A stretch of DNA of 32,000 nucleotides from Oscillospiraceae bacterium (GTDB taxonomy: Bacteria > Bacillota > Clostridia > Oscillospirales > Ruminococcaceae): the NCBI GenBank assembly GCA_017435565.1, contig JAFSEU010000027.1, forward strand, positions 1 to 32,000, in the 5' to 3' direction. The notes below the pieces were generated by a model that saw only the letters and a program-made list of their open reading frames with translations, was not told the DNA's origin and ran no database searches. The position numbers and the translations under genes were made by a program. Of this stretch, positions 18,128 to 25,851 are shown piece by piece. Within the stretch, counting starts at the first letter, position 1, and each line of letters opens with the position of its first letter.

Positions 18128-18391
18128 TTGACGCTTGTAAATTGGATAATTGCAATTGTCAGCGGAGTAATAGGCGGATTTTTCTCCGTCGCAAATTGGT
18201 TCGGATTGATTCGCTATATTGCGACCGGAATTAACTATTCTCAATTTATGTTTGTTGGCGGCATTCTTCTTTGTATTTGTCTGTACAACACTCCGTTAAG
18301 TGAGTATTGGTACATCGCTCTTTTAATCGATCCGGGAGTATGGATTGGAATATACAGTTTGCCGTCGCTTATTAAACAACTGCTGAAATAA
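18128..18391 (+). CDS. Hypothetical small integral membrane protein (about 3 TM helices, 87 aa)
   Basis: A TTG start follows a strong RBS (TAGGAGGGAGAGAG) and the consensus promoter. Three hydrophobic segments are visible. I recognise no family. Confidence 0.55.
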   Translation: MTLVNWIIAIVSGVIGGFFSVANWFGLIRYIATGINYSQFMFVGGILLCICLYNTPLSEYWYIALLIDPGVWIGIYSLPSLIKQLLK

Positions 18392-18550
18392 GGTTCAAAT
18401 CTACTGTAAGATTACAAAGATAGCTAGTGAATGAATCTTCCTTTGCGTAGTGTGTTTTGCTTTAGAATGTCGCCATTAGTTCGGCTGTATTTTTCGTCAA
18501 ATTGCCTATATATTACGAATTTATATTCAAGAAATTTTCAAAAAAAAATC

Positions 18551-18579
18551 TTTTCAAACTCAAAAAATTATGCTATAAT
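18551..18579 (+). promoter_or_regulatory. Extended -10 promoter for the phosphosugar mutase gene
   Basis: TTTTCA (18551-18556), a 17-nt spacer, then TGcTATAAT (TATAAT at 18574-18579). An A-tract lies upstream. Confidence 0.5.
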
Positions 18580-18660
18580 GCTAAGGTATGATATTATGTG
18601 CTAATTATCGATATGCACATTAAAATATTATTATTATCCACACCGAAACGGAGGATTTTT

Positions 18661-20376
18661 ATGGATATTTCCGCACTTTATAAACTTTGGATTGAAAGGG
18701 CTACCGATGACAGCGACATTTCAACCGAGCTTGAAAATATAAAAGGCAACGAGGAAGAAATCAAGGATCGTTTTTACAAGAATCTTGAATTCGGAACCGG
18801 CGGTCTGCGTGGTGTAATCGGTGCAGGCACCAACCGTATGAATGTCTATACAGTAAGAAGAGCTTCGCAGGGCTTTGCCAATTATCTTAACGAGCGTTTT
18901 GAAAACCCTAAGGTTGCAATTGCATATGATAGCCGAATCAAGTCCGATAAATTTGCAAGTGAAGCTGCAAGGGTATTTGCGGCAAACGGTGTAAAGGCTT
19001 ACATATTCCCCGAGCTTGAGCCCACACCCGTGCTCTCATTCGCGGTGCGTGAGCTTGGAGCAAGCGGCGGTGTTGTTGTTACAGCAAGCCACAACCCTTC
19101 AAAATACAACGGCTACAAGGCTTATGGTGCAGATGGTTGCCAGATGACAATTGATGCAGCTGCTGCCGTTCTTGAACAGATTGAAAAAACCGATATGTTC
19201 GACGGCGTCAAGGCAATCTCGTTTGAAGAAGGTCTTGCAAACGGCTCGATTGAATATATCGGCAACGATGTTCTTGAAAGCTTTTACAAAAACGTAATGG
19301 CACAAAGCATCAACCCCGACCTTTGCGCAAAAGCAGGTCTTAAGGTTGTTTATACTCCCCTTAACGGAACAGGAAACAAGCCCGTGCGTGAAATTTTAAA
19401 GCGCATCGGCATAAACGACGTTGTCGTTGTTCCCGAACAGGAAAATCCCGACGGAAACTTCCCGACCTGCCCCTACCCCAACCCCGAAATCAGAGAAGCT
19501 CTTTCCAAGGGTCTTGAGCTTTGCGAAAAGGTTCAACCCGATTTGCTTCTTGCAACTGACCCCGACTGCGACAGAGTAGGCATCGCTGTTCCCGCCGGCG
19601 AAGGTAAGTACGTTCTCTTTACAGGCAACGAAGTCGGTGCAATGCTGCTTGACTATATCTGTGAGCAGAGAACCGCAAAAGGCACAATGCCCGAAAGGCC
19701 CGTTGCTATCAAAACAATCGTTTCTTCCGATATCATTTTTGAAATCGCAAAGGTATACAATCTCGAAGTAATCGAAACTCTCACAGGCTTTAAGTTCATC
19801 GGTGAGCAGATTGGTTTCCTTGAAGAAAAGGGCGAAAAAGACCGCTATATCTTCGGCTATGAAGAAAGCTACGGCTACCTAGCAGGCACCTATGCCCGTG
19901 ACAAGGACGCAGTTGTCGCTTCAATGTTGATTTGCGAAATGGCTGCATTCTACCGCAGCAAGGGCATTTCAATGCTACAAGCTCGAAATAATATGTACGC
20001 AAAATACGGCGTATATTTCCACAAGCAGGAAAGCTTCACCTTTGAAGGCGCAAGCGGAATGCTCAAAATGAAAGAAATGATGCAGTCACTTCGTGATAAT
20101 ACACCTTCCGAAATCTGCGGTCTCAAGGTCATTTCCGTTTCCGATTATCAGGAAAGTAAAAAGTATGAAAACGGCAGCACTACCGATATCGACCTTCCCA
20201 AGTCCGATGTTATCGGATTTGCACTTGAAGGCAGCGCAGGCGTAATCATCCGCCCCTCAGGTACAGAGCCTAAAATCAAGGCTTATTACACAACAAGAGG
20301 CACTTCCTCTCAGGAAGCCGAAGATCTTTGTGCAAAGCTTGATGCAAGCTTCAGAGAGATTTTAGGAATTAAGTAA
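18661..20376 (+). CDS. Phospho-sugar mutase (alpha-phosphoglucomutase/phosphomannomutase, PgcA-like)
   Basis: The active-site loop is TASHNPSKYNGYK. A metal-binding loop (DPDCDRVG) and a sugar-binding segment (GYEESYGY) are present. The start is set at the ATG at 18661 (MDISALYKLW), after GGAGG. Confidence 0.85.
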   Translation: MDISALYKLWIERATDDSDISTELENIKGNEEEIKDRFYKNLEFGTGGLRGVIGAGTNRMNVYTVRRASQGFANYLNERFENPKVAIAYDSRIKSDKFASEAARVFAANGVKAYIFPELEPTPVLSFAVRELGASGGVVVTASHNPSKYNGYKAYGADGCQMTIDAAAAVLEQIEKTDMFDGVKAISFEEGLANGSIEYIGNDVLESFYKNVMAQSINPDLCAKAGLKVVYTPLNGTGNKPVREILKRIGINDVVVVPEQENPDGNFPTCPYPNPEIREALSKGLELCEKVQPDLLLATDPDCDRVGIAVPAGEGKYVLFTGNEVGAMLLDYICEQRTAKGTMPERPVAIKTIVSSDIIFEIAKVYNLEVIETLTGFKFIGEQIGFLEEKGEKDRYIFGYEESYGYLAGTYARDKDAVVASMLICEMAAFYRSKGISMLQARNNMYAKYGVYFHKQESFTFEGASGMLKMKEMMQSLRDNTPSEICGLKVISVSDYQESKKYENGSTTDIDLPKSDVIGFALEGSAGVIIRPSGTEPKIKAYYTTRGTSSQEAEDLCAKLDASFREILGIK

Positions 20377-20387
20377 TCAAACAAAAT

Positions 20388-20429
20388 AGCCGCTTCTGAT
20401 ATAGCGCATCGGAAGCGGCTTTATGTTTT
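20388..20429 (+). terminator. Rho-independent terminator after the mutase gene
   Basis: The stem is AGCCGCTTC (20388-20396) paired with GAAGCGGCT (20412-20420), followed by TTATGTTTT. Confidence 0.75.
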
Positions 20430-20438
20430 ACTGTGATA

Positions 20439-20467
20439 TTGACTATTCTGCGTTGAATCTTTATAAT
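20439..20467 (+). promoter_or_regulatory. Near-consensus promoter of the XRE-repeat protein gene
   Basis: TTGACT (20439-20444), a 17-nt spacer, then TATAAT (20462-20467). Confidence 0.55.
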
Positions 20468-20497
20468 CGGCATACGAGAATTGTCGGTATTGCATTA

Positions 20498-20516
20498 TAT
20501 CAACTGTCAGTTGATA
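20498..20516. promoter_or_regulatory. Perfect 19-bp palindrome; candidate operator
   Basis: TATCAACTG-T-CAGTTGATA has 9-bp arms with no mismatch. It lies about 30 nt downstream of the candidate -10 box and about 80 nt upstream of the HTH gene start. Confidence 0.45.
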
Positions 20517-20597
20517 CAATATAAACTATCAATCGCTTCTTATCATGAGATTGAAATGTTATAATTATAGCAACAAACAGAAAGGAATGAAAACACT

Positions 20598-21362
20598 ATG
20601 CAAATTTTAATCGGAAAAAACATAAAGCATTTCAGGAAGCAAATGGAAATCAGTCAGGAAAGACTTTCGGAAGTAATTGGCGTGACAGTTCAGGCTGTAT
20701 CAAAATGGGAAACGGAACAGTCAATTCCCGATGTCAGTATTATTCCTGAAATAGCCAGATTCTTCGATATAACAATAGACGAATTATTCTTTGGAAAAAA
20801 CAAATCTGACGAATCAAATACTAACAGTATCCCTTGCGACGGAAAGCTCCATATTCTCCAAGCTATGAACGGTAAAATCCTTAAGGATGACGAATGGAGC
20901 TGTAGCAAACGAATTTATCTAGAAATCGGACCCGATGATAATAATTTAACCGTAGAAATAGCCGGCAGTGCAGATATAAAGGGTAATATCGGCGGCGGAA
21001 TTGATGCCAAAGGTGCAGTTAACTGTAATAATGTAAGCGGCAATATCATTGCAGAAGGCGGCGTCAACTGTGGCAATGTAAGCGGAGATATTGATGCAAA
21101 CGGTGGTGTTGTCTGCGACAATGTCAGCGGAAATATTGATGTAAACGGCGGCATAGTCTGCGATAAGATTGCCGGCAGCGTAGATACAACCGGCAATATT
21201 CAGGCGGGCAATATTTCGGGAAATATCGATTGCAGAAAGGATATTCATTGTGAATGCATAAAGAACAGCAATTCTATTAAGTGTGAAGTTATTTATGTAA
21301 AAGGTAATGTATCTGCTCAAAAAATTGAGGGTAAAATAGTCGATGAATTTGATTTTGAATAA
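20598..21362 (+). CDS. XRE-family HTH protein fused to a 15-residue-period Gly/Asn/Cys beta-solenoid-like repeat domain
   Basis: The N-terminus reads IKHFRKQMEISQERLSEVIGVTVQAVSKWETEQSIPDVSIIPEIARFFDITIDELF (HTH_3/XRE). The C-terminus has at least 6-7 tandem 15-aa units such as VSGNIIAEGGVNCGN, VSGDIDANGGVVCDN, and VSGNIDVNGGIVCDK. There is no TM segment or signal peptide. Confidence 0.8.
   Translation: MQILIGKNIKHFRKQMEISQERLSEVIGVTVQAVSKWETEQSIPDVSIIPEIARFFDITIDELFFGKNKSDESNTNSIPCDGKLHILQAMNGKILKDDEWSCSKRIYLEIGPDDNNLTVEIAGSADIKGNIGGGIDAKGAVNCNNVSGNIIAEGGVNCGNVSGDIDANGGVVCDNVSGNIDVNGGIVCDKIAGSVDTTGNIQAGNISGNIDCRKDIHCECIKNSNSIKCEVIYVKGNVSAQKIEGKIVDEFDFE
20988..21257 (+). repeat. In-frame 45-bp tandem repeats (about 6 units) encoding the 15-aa units of the XRE-repeat protein
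   Basis: Consecutive 45-nt units are clearly similar at DNA level: GTAAGCGGCAATATCATTGCAGAAGGCGGCGTCAACTGTGGCAAT, GTAAGCGGAGATATTGATGCAAACGGTGGTGTTGTCTGCGACAAT, and GTCAGCGGAAATATTGATGTAAACGGCGGCATAGTCTGCGATAAG. Confidence 0.7.
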
Positions 21363-21383
21363 TGCAGCTGCGTTATATTACGC

Positions 21384-21422
21384 AAAATACCGTTGACTTG
21401 AATTTGTCAACGGTATTTTTTT
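21384..21422. terminator. Bidirectional terminator between the convergent XRE-repeat and DUF218 genes
   Basis: An 11-bp stem pairs ATACCGTTGAC (21387-21397) with GTCAACGGTAT (21406-21416). It is flanked by AAAA on the left and TTTTTT on the right. Confidence 0.8.
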
Positions 21423-22197
21423 ATTCAAAAACAAAATATTCACACAACGCAAACCACTCACGAATCCAATAAGTAGGCAAAAGATACACCTGCGTTTTTG
21501 CAGATACAGCAGATGTTTCAAAACCGCAGTCCTTGGCAATAAGCTGCGAACGCATCTGGTGAAAACCGTCGGTCACAACAGCAATATCGTATCCCAAATC
21601 ATTATCCTCTGCGATTTTATATGCATTTTCAAGATTCTGCCTCGTGTCGGCAGAATCCTCATCAAGATAAATTCTGCCATCGTCAATTCCTGAATCCACA
21701 AGCGCATTTTTTATAGCCATCGCTTCACTTATGTCCTCATCACTCCCCTTGCCGCCGCAAGCAATGCATACAGCTTCAGGGTTGTCGATAAGGTAAACAT
21801 ACGCAGCGTCAATCCTCGCTTTAAGCATCAGACTCGGCGTTGTACCGTTAACCTTGCAGCCGAGAACTACAGCCACACTGTTCGGCTCTTTCGGCTTTTT
21901 ATTTGCATAGCAAAGCATTGCAATCGAAAACACAATGCACAAGATTATGCATAACGCAAGCAAAACCGAAACTGCATATGCCGCAAATCTGACAGCCGAA
22001 TTTTGCGATAAAAACAACCCGAGCAGCTTCTTTGAAAATGCTGTGCCAAGAATCAAACCTGTAAATATAAATATGCCGAAATATACGCCGATGTTTGATA
22101 TCCCGACAGAAAGCGCAAGGAAGAACGTGAAATCGACAAACAAAAATATGCAGATAAGGCACGCTTTTAAAAACGTGCCCATTGTTAATCCTGTCAT
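21421..22197 (-). CDS. YdcF/DUF218 (SanA/ElyC-like) family membrane-anchored protein
   Basis: N-terminal TM helices are followed by VAVVLGCKVNGTTPSLMLKARIDAA...CGGKG...AVVTDGFHQMRS, the DUF218 pattern. An AAGGAG RBS is present. Confidence 0.8.
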   Translation of the reverse strand: MTGLTMGTFLKACLICIFLFVDFTFFLALSVGISNIGVYFGIFIFTGLILGTAFSKKLLGLFLSQNSAVRFAAYAVSVLLALCIILCIVFSIAMLCYANKKPKEPNSVAVVLGCKVNGTTPSLMLKARIDAAYVYLIDNPEAVCIACGGKGSDEDISEAMAIKNALVDSGIDDGRIYLDEDSADTRQNLENAYKIAEDNDLGYDIAVVTDGFHQMRSQLIAKDCGFETSAVSAKTQVYLLPTYWIREWFALCEYFVFE

Positions 22198-22247
22198 TTT
22201 CCTACGTGCTCCTTCGTAATTTGATATTATCTTTACTACTTAATATA

Positions 22248-23621
22248 TCAATAATTCAAGCTATTACATATATGTGTTACTTCAACATAATTATTATTTG
22301 ATATATCTAGAATATTTTCACCATATGATACGTCAAGACAGTATTCAGGTCTATTCCAATGCATTGAAGATTCTCCTTCTTGCCATTGATATGATTCTAT
22401 ATACTCATCAAGTTCTAAAATGCCATCATAATTTGGATTATATCCATCATAACATGGTCCGTAATAATTTACTAGTTCATTATATATATAATCAAACGGT
22501 CCTTTTAATTGCTCTGCAGTATAATAATATCCATCATAAATGTCATCCATAGTAGTATACCCTATTGTAATGTCATAACCACACAACACATTATTACTGT
22601 TAAAATACAACTCAATATGCCCAGGTATGTGCAATTCTCCACAATAATAGTCATATGGTGCATATTCATAATATGTATAACCTCTAATAGAATATGAATT
22701 CAATTTCTGGCGATCATCAAGTACATTCTTCATTTCATCTACACTCATACCAAAATACAATCCTGGTATCATATGAATTACAGACAAATCCGAGATTTCA
22801 TTAGCAAATCCACTATCCCAATCACCTTCGTTTTCTTCATATGTATATGAATACTCATCATACAATTCAGTATATTCGTTATACGCATCTACAAGACGCT
22901 CGTTTTCCCATCCTATCTCAGCAAGAGCATCCTCTACCAACACCAAAGCTTCTTCATAACACTCTATCCCTGCATAATACTCCGCATCTGTCATTACATA
23001 ATCTACATAATAATCATCCAAATTTTCATACACTTCAACAAGTGGTTGACAACTCGGATAAATTTCAATCATATTTTCAAAATATTCCACAACATTATAA
23101 TAATTGCCAATATATAAATGACCCCAAATATAGTCTTCAGCTAAAGATACAATTTTCAAATCAATATCAGATTTATACTTTTCTACATCGGCATCTGAAA
23201 TTATATTTTTACCTTGCTCAATCGCTTGATATGCATCTTCATAATCCTCGTTTGATATACTGTTTTCAATATCATTTACCAAAGCAATTGATAATTGATC
23301 GTTTATATCATCTAATTTTGATAACACTTCCTCATTAGAACATTCGTCAAGCATTAAACTTTCAAACACAATGATAGCTTCTTGAATGTTGCCATCATCA
23401 ATTTTTTGTTGAACATTTCCAAGTTGTTCAAGCGCTAATGACCAATCTTCATAAGTCGTAGTTATACTGTACGTTAATTCTGTTTCTTCAGGAGTTGTAG
23501 TTACATCATTAGATTCTTCTACAACTGAGCTGGAATCATTCGTATTTTTAGTTGTTCCTTTACAACCAATCATTACTATACTTAAAGCCATAAGTATGGC
23601 AAACAAAAAGGTCTTTTTCAT
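22248..23621 (-). CDS. Hypothetical lipoprotein, extremely acidic and Tyr/Asp/Glu/Asn-rich; AT-rich gene
   Basis: The signal peptide has a lipobox (MKKTFLFAILMALSIVMIGC). An AGAGGAAAA RBS is present. This is the only long ORF across the interval. I recognise no family. G+C is visibly lower than in the flanking genes. Confidence 0.7.
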   Translation of the reverse strand: MKKTFLFAILMALSIVMIGCKGTTKNTNDSSSVVEESNDVTTTPEETELTYSITTTYEDWSLALEQLGNVQQKIDDGNIQEAIIVFESLMLDECSNEEVLSKLDDINDQLSIALVNDIENSISNEDYEDAYQAIEQGKNIISDADVEKYKSDIDLKIVSLAEDYIWGHLYIGNYYNVVEYFENMIEIYPSCQPLVEVYENLDDYYVDYVMTDAEYYAGIECYEEALVLVEDALAEIGWENERLVDAYNEYTELYDEYSYTYEENEGDWDSGFANEISDLSVIHMIPGLYFGMSVDEMKNVLDDRQKLNSYSIRGYTYYEYAPYDYYCGELHIPGHIELYFNSNNVLCGYDITIGYTTMDDIYDGYYYTAEQLKGPFDYIYNELVNYYGPCYDGYNPNYDGILELDEYIESYQWQEGESSMHWNRPEYCLDVSYGENILDISNNNYVEVTHICNSLNY

Positions 23622-23658
23622 AATTTTTCCTCTTATTACAGCATTTTATAATATCCTA

Positions 23659-23907
23659 TCATTTTCCAAGATGTTCCTTCAAAGCCTTTGCAAGCTGGTC
23701 GGGACATGATGAATTCTTGAAGCCGCATTTTATGCCTTCAAGCCTTTCAATCACATCGTCAACCTTCATCCCCTTCACAAGGCTCGAAATCCCCTGCGAA
23801 TTCCCGTGGCAGCCGCCGACAATCTGAACATTGCTTACAATATCACCCTCAACGTCGATAACCATTTTTCGTGCACAAACGCCTCTGGGAACAAACTCAA
23901 ATTTCAT
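23659..23907 (-). CDS. TSCPD-domain protein, TIGR03905 (4-Cys) family
   Basis: The 82-aa sequence MKFEFVPRGVCARKM...VQIVGGCHGNSQGIS...IKCGFKNSSCPDQLAKAL has the four conserved Cys residues typical of this family. Confidence 0.8.
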   Translation of the reverse strand: MKFEFVPRGVCARKMVIDVEGDIVSNVQIVGGCHGNSQGISSLVKGMKVDDVIERLEGIKCGFKNSSCPDQLAKALKEHLGK

Positions 23908-23908
23908 T

Positions 23909-24757
23909 TTATTTCTCCTTTTTATATTCGGCTGATTTTTTCAAAATTCTCTCAATATTTTCCTCATCGGTTATTCTGCTCCCGATAGACGAAGGCTTTT
24001 CGTTATAAAGACCGTGAAAATCGGAGCCGCCGACAACAATCAGATTATATTTTTCAGCCAACTTAAGCAGATAGTTCTGCGCTTTTTCATCAGCGGTATA
24101 ATGATATACCTCAACGCCATCAAGCTTGCCTGCGGCACTAAGCTCATCAAGAAGCTCAAAGCTGTCATATTTTTCAGGGTGAGCCATAACCGCAACGCCC
24201 TTTGCCGAATGAATCAGATCAAGCACAAAACGCACATCGGGATATTCACGCTCAACATAACAGCTTCCTGTTTTCATATCAAAAAGCTCGTTGTTAAGCT
24301 CGCCATAAAAATCGGTTGTATAACCGTATTCTGCCAAGGCGTGAACGATATGCTGTTTGAAAACGCTCTTGCTTCCCGATGCGTGGCGCATAATATTTTC
24401 GGGTGTAATTGCAGGAAATCTTTCTATAACCTTGTCAATCATTTCCTTGGCACACGCTTTTCTTATCTCACAGGATTTAAGGCACAAGCCTTCGAGTCTG
24501 TCCGGCTTTGCAGGCAGATAGCACAATATATGAACCTTTCTGCCCCTGTCTTTATCCCATGCGGAAAGCTCAACTCCGGGAATAACTTTTACTCCATATC
24601 TCTCGCCAAGAATTGCCGAGCGCGAAAACGAAGCCATTGTATCATGGTCGGTAATCGATAAATAATCAAGCCCCATTTTCTTGGCTTGAATTATAACCTC
24701 TTCGATTCCGAGTGAGCCATCGGAAAGCGTAGTGTGGCAATGAAGATCTCCTGTCAT
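23909..24757 (-). CDS. PHP-domain metal-dependent phosphoesterase (TrpH/YciV-like)
   Basis: DLHCHTTLSDGS, ITDHDT, HILCY, AHP, and GGSDFHG are the PHP His/Asp motifs. The start is set at the ATG at 24755-24757 (MTGDLHCH), preceded by AGGAGGG. The track start is an upstream TTG. Confidence 0.8.
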   Translation of the reverse strand: MTGDLHCHTTLSDGSLGIEEVIIQAKKMGLDYLSITDHDTMASFSRSAILGERYGVKVIPGVELSAWDKDRGRKVHILCYLPAKPDRLEGLCLKSCEIRKACAKEMIDKVIERFPAITPENIMRHASGSKSVFKQHIVHALAEYGYTTDFYGELNNELFDMKTGSCYVEREYPDVRFVLDLIHSAKGVAVMAHPEKYDSFELLDELSAAGKLDGVEVYHYTADEKAQNYLLKLAEKYNLIVVGGSDFHGLYNEKPSSIGSRITDEENIERILKKSAEYKKEK

Positions 24758-24831
24758 TATGTCACCCTCCTGCACCAAATATTTATTATAAACTATTCAC
24801 GAAAATACAATTTAAGAATAACTTCGATATA

Positions 24832-24860
24832 ATTATAGCACATACTTGACAAAATAGCAA
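24832..24860 (-). promoter_or_regulatory. Extended -10 promoter for the PHP / TSCPD / lipoprotein / DUF218 gene string
   Basis: The minus strand reads TTGCTA (24860-24855), a 17-nt spacer, then TGcTATAAT (TATAAT at 24837-24832). Confidence 0.55.
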
Positions 24861-24894
24861 GTTTTTTAAGCATTTTATCAATAAAAAATAAAAA

Positions 24895-25851
24895 CTATTT
24901 GAAATATCTGTTCAAAAACCAAATATTATCAATTTCAAAATACATATTATTGAGATAAGAAAGCGCGCTTTCTTTTTCAAAATCAAAACTAATTTTATAT
25001 GCACAGAGTGACTGATACGGTGTCTTATGTCGTTTGTTTGCGGCAATATCGCCATATTTGACGTCGCCCAGCACTGGTGCACCGATATATGCCATATGCG
25101 CTCTTATCTGATGAGTGCGTCCCGTGTGAAGCCTAACGCTTACAAGCCGCAAATCATCCTTTTGGTCAAGCACAGTATATTCAGTTACAATATTCTTTGC
25201 GTCGCCAACCTTTCTGTCAGTGATATAAACCTTGTTTGCAGAACTATCCTTACGCAAAAACGCTTTTATAATATCGTGACTTTTAGGAAGATTACCCACG
25301 CATATGCAAAGATATTCCTTGCAAACCTTATCATCACGAATCATTGCGTTGATTTCACGCAATGCCGCCGCGTTTTTTGCTCCAATGACAATTCCGCAGG
25401 TGTTTTTATCAAGCCTGTTGCAAAGTGCGGGACGGAAGCTGTTTTCTGTAAACGGGTCATAATCCCCTTTTTCAGTCAGATATGCAACGAAACGATTCAC
25501 AAGCGTGTCAGACTCTTTTTTATTACCGCTGTGGCAGGCAATTTCTGCTTTTTTATATATGAGCGCGATATTCTCATCCTCATAGATAACATCAATATCA
25601 CAATTCTGCCCCGATAATTCAAATTCTTCTCTGCTTTTGTTTGCAGAGAAGAATTCGTCTGAAATATAAAGCTCAATAACATCGCCTGCTTCAAGCATTG
25701 CATTTGCTTCACAGCGCTTTGAGTTAAGCTTGATTCGCTTTTTGCGGATATATTTATGCATAAGGCTTTTTGGCAATTTCGGCACCGCCTTGGCTATAAA
25801 TTTATCCAGCCTCTGACCGCTGTCGTTTGCACCGATTACAAACGAGCGCAT
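24895..25851 (-). CDS. RluA-family (RluD-like) rRNA pseudouridine synthase with N-terminal S4 domain
   Basis: An S4-like N-terminus (GQRLDKFIAK...) is followed by the catalytic loop NRLDKNTCGIV and the HTGRTHQIRAH motif. Confidence 0.85.
   Translation of the reverse strand: MRSFVIGANDSGQRLDKFIAKAVPKLPKSLMHKYIRKKRIKLNSKRCEANAMLEAGDVIELYISDEFFSANKSREEFELSGQNCDIDVIYEDENIALIYKKAEIACHSGNKKESDTLVNRFVAYLTEKGDYDPFTENSFRPALCNRLDKNTCGIVIGAKNAAALREINAMIRDDKVCKEYLCICVGNLPKSHDIIKAFLRKDSSANKVYITDRKVGDAKNIVTEYTVLDQKDDLRLVSVRLHTGRTHQIRAHMAYIGAPVLGDVKYGDIAANKRHKTPYQSLCAYKISFDFEKESALSYLNNMYFEIDNIWFLNRYFK

Noticed and set aside
18388-18402. GGTTCAAATC, which resembles a tRNA T-loop; possible tRNA or att-site remnant
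   Set aside because: The flanking bases cannot form a T-stem or acceptor stem, and no D or anticodon arm lies upstream (that sequence is coding). There is also no integrase nearby.
18431-18604. A 57-codon ORF in the 270-bp AT-rich spacer between the small membrane protein gene and the mutase gene
   Set aside because: It has no RBS, runs through the mutase promoter, and has an implausible composition.
18634-18642. A perfect DnaA box (TTATCCACA) in the phosphosugar-mutase leader; possible oriC
   Set aside because: It is a single isolated box. One 9-mer match in 64 kb of two-strand sequence is not improbable by chance. There is no cluster of boxes, no AT-rich unwinding element and no dnaA/dnaN nearby.
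20988-21257. Regular 45-bp periodicity that could be mistaken for a CRISPR or minisatellite array
   Set aside because: The units are contiguous with no spacers, imperfect, and in frame within a 254-aa ORF. They encode a coherent 15-aa protein repeat.
24014-25617. Long + strand ORFs (215 aa and 196 aa)
   Set aside because: They are antisense to the PHP and RluA-family genes respectively. They have no RBS and no motifs.
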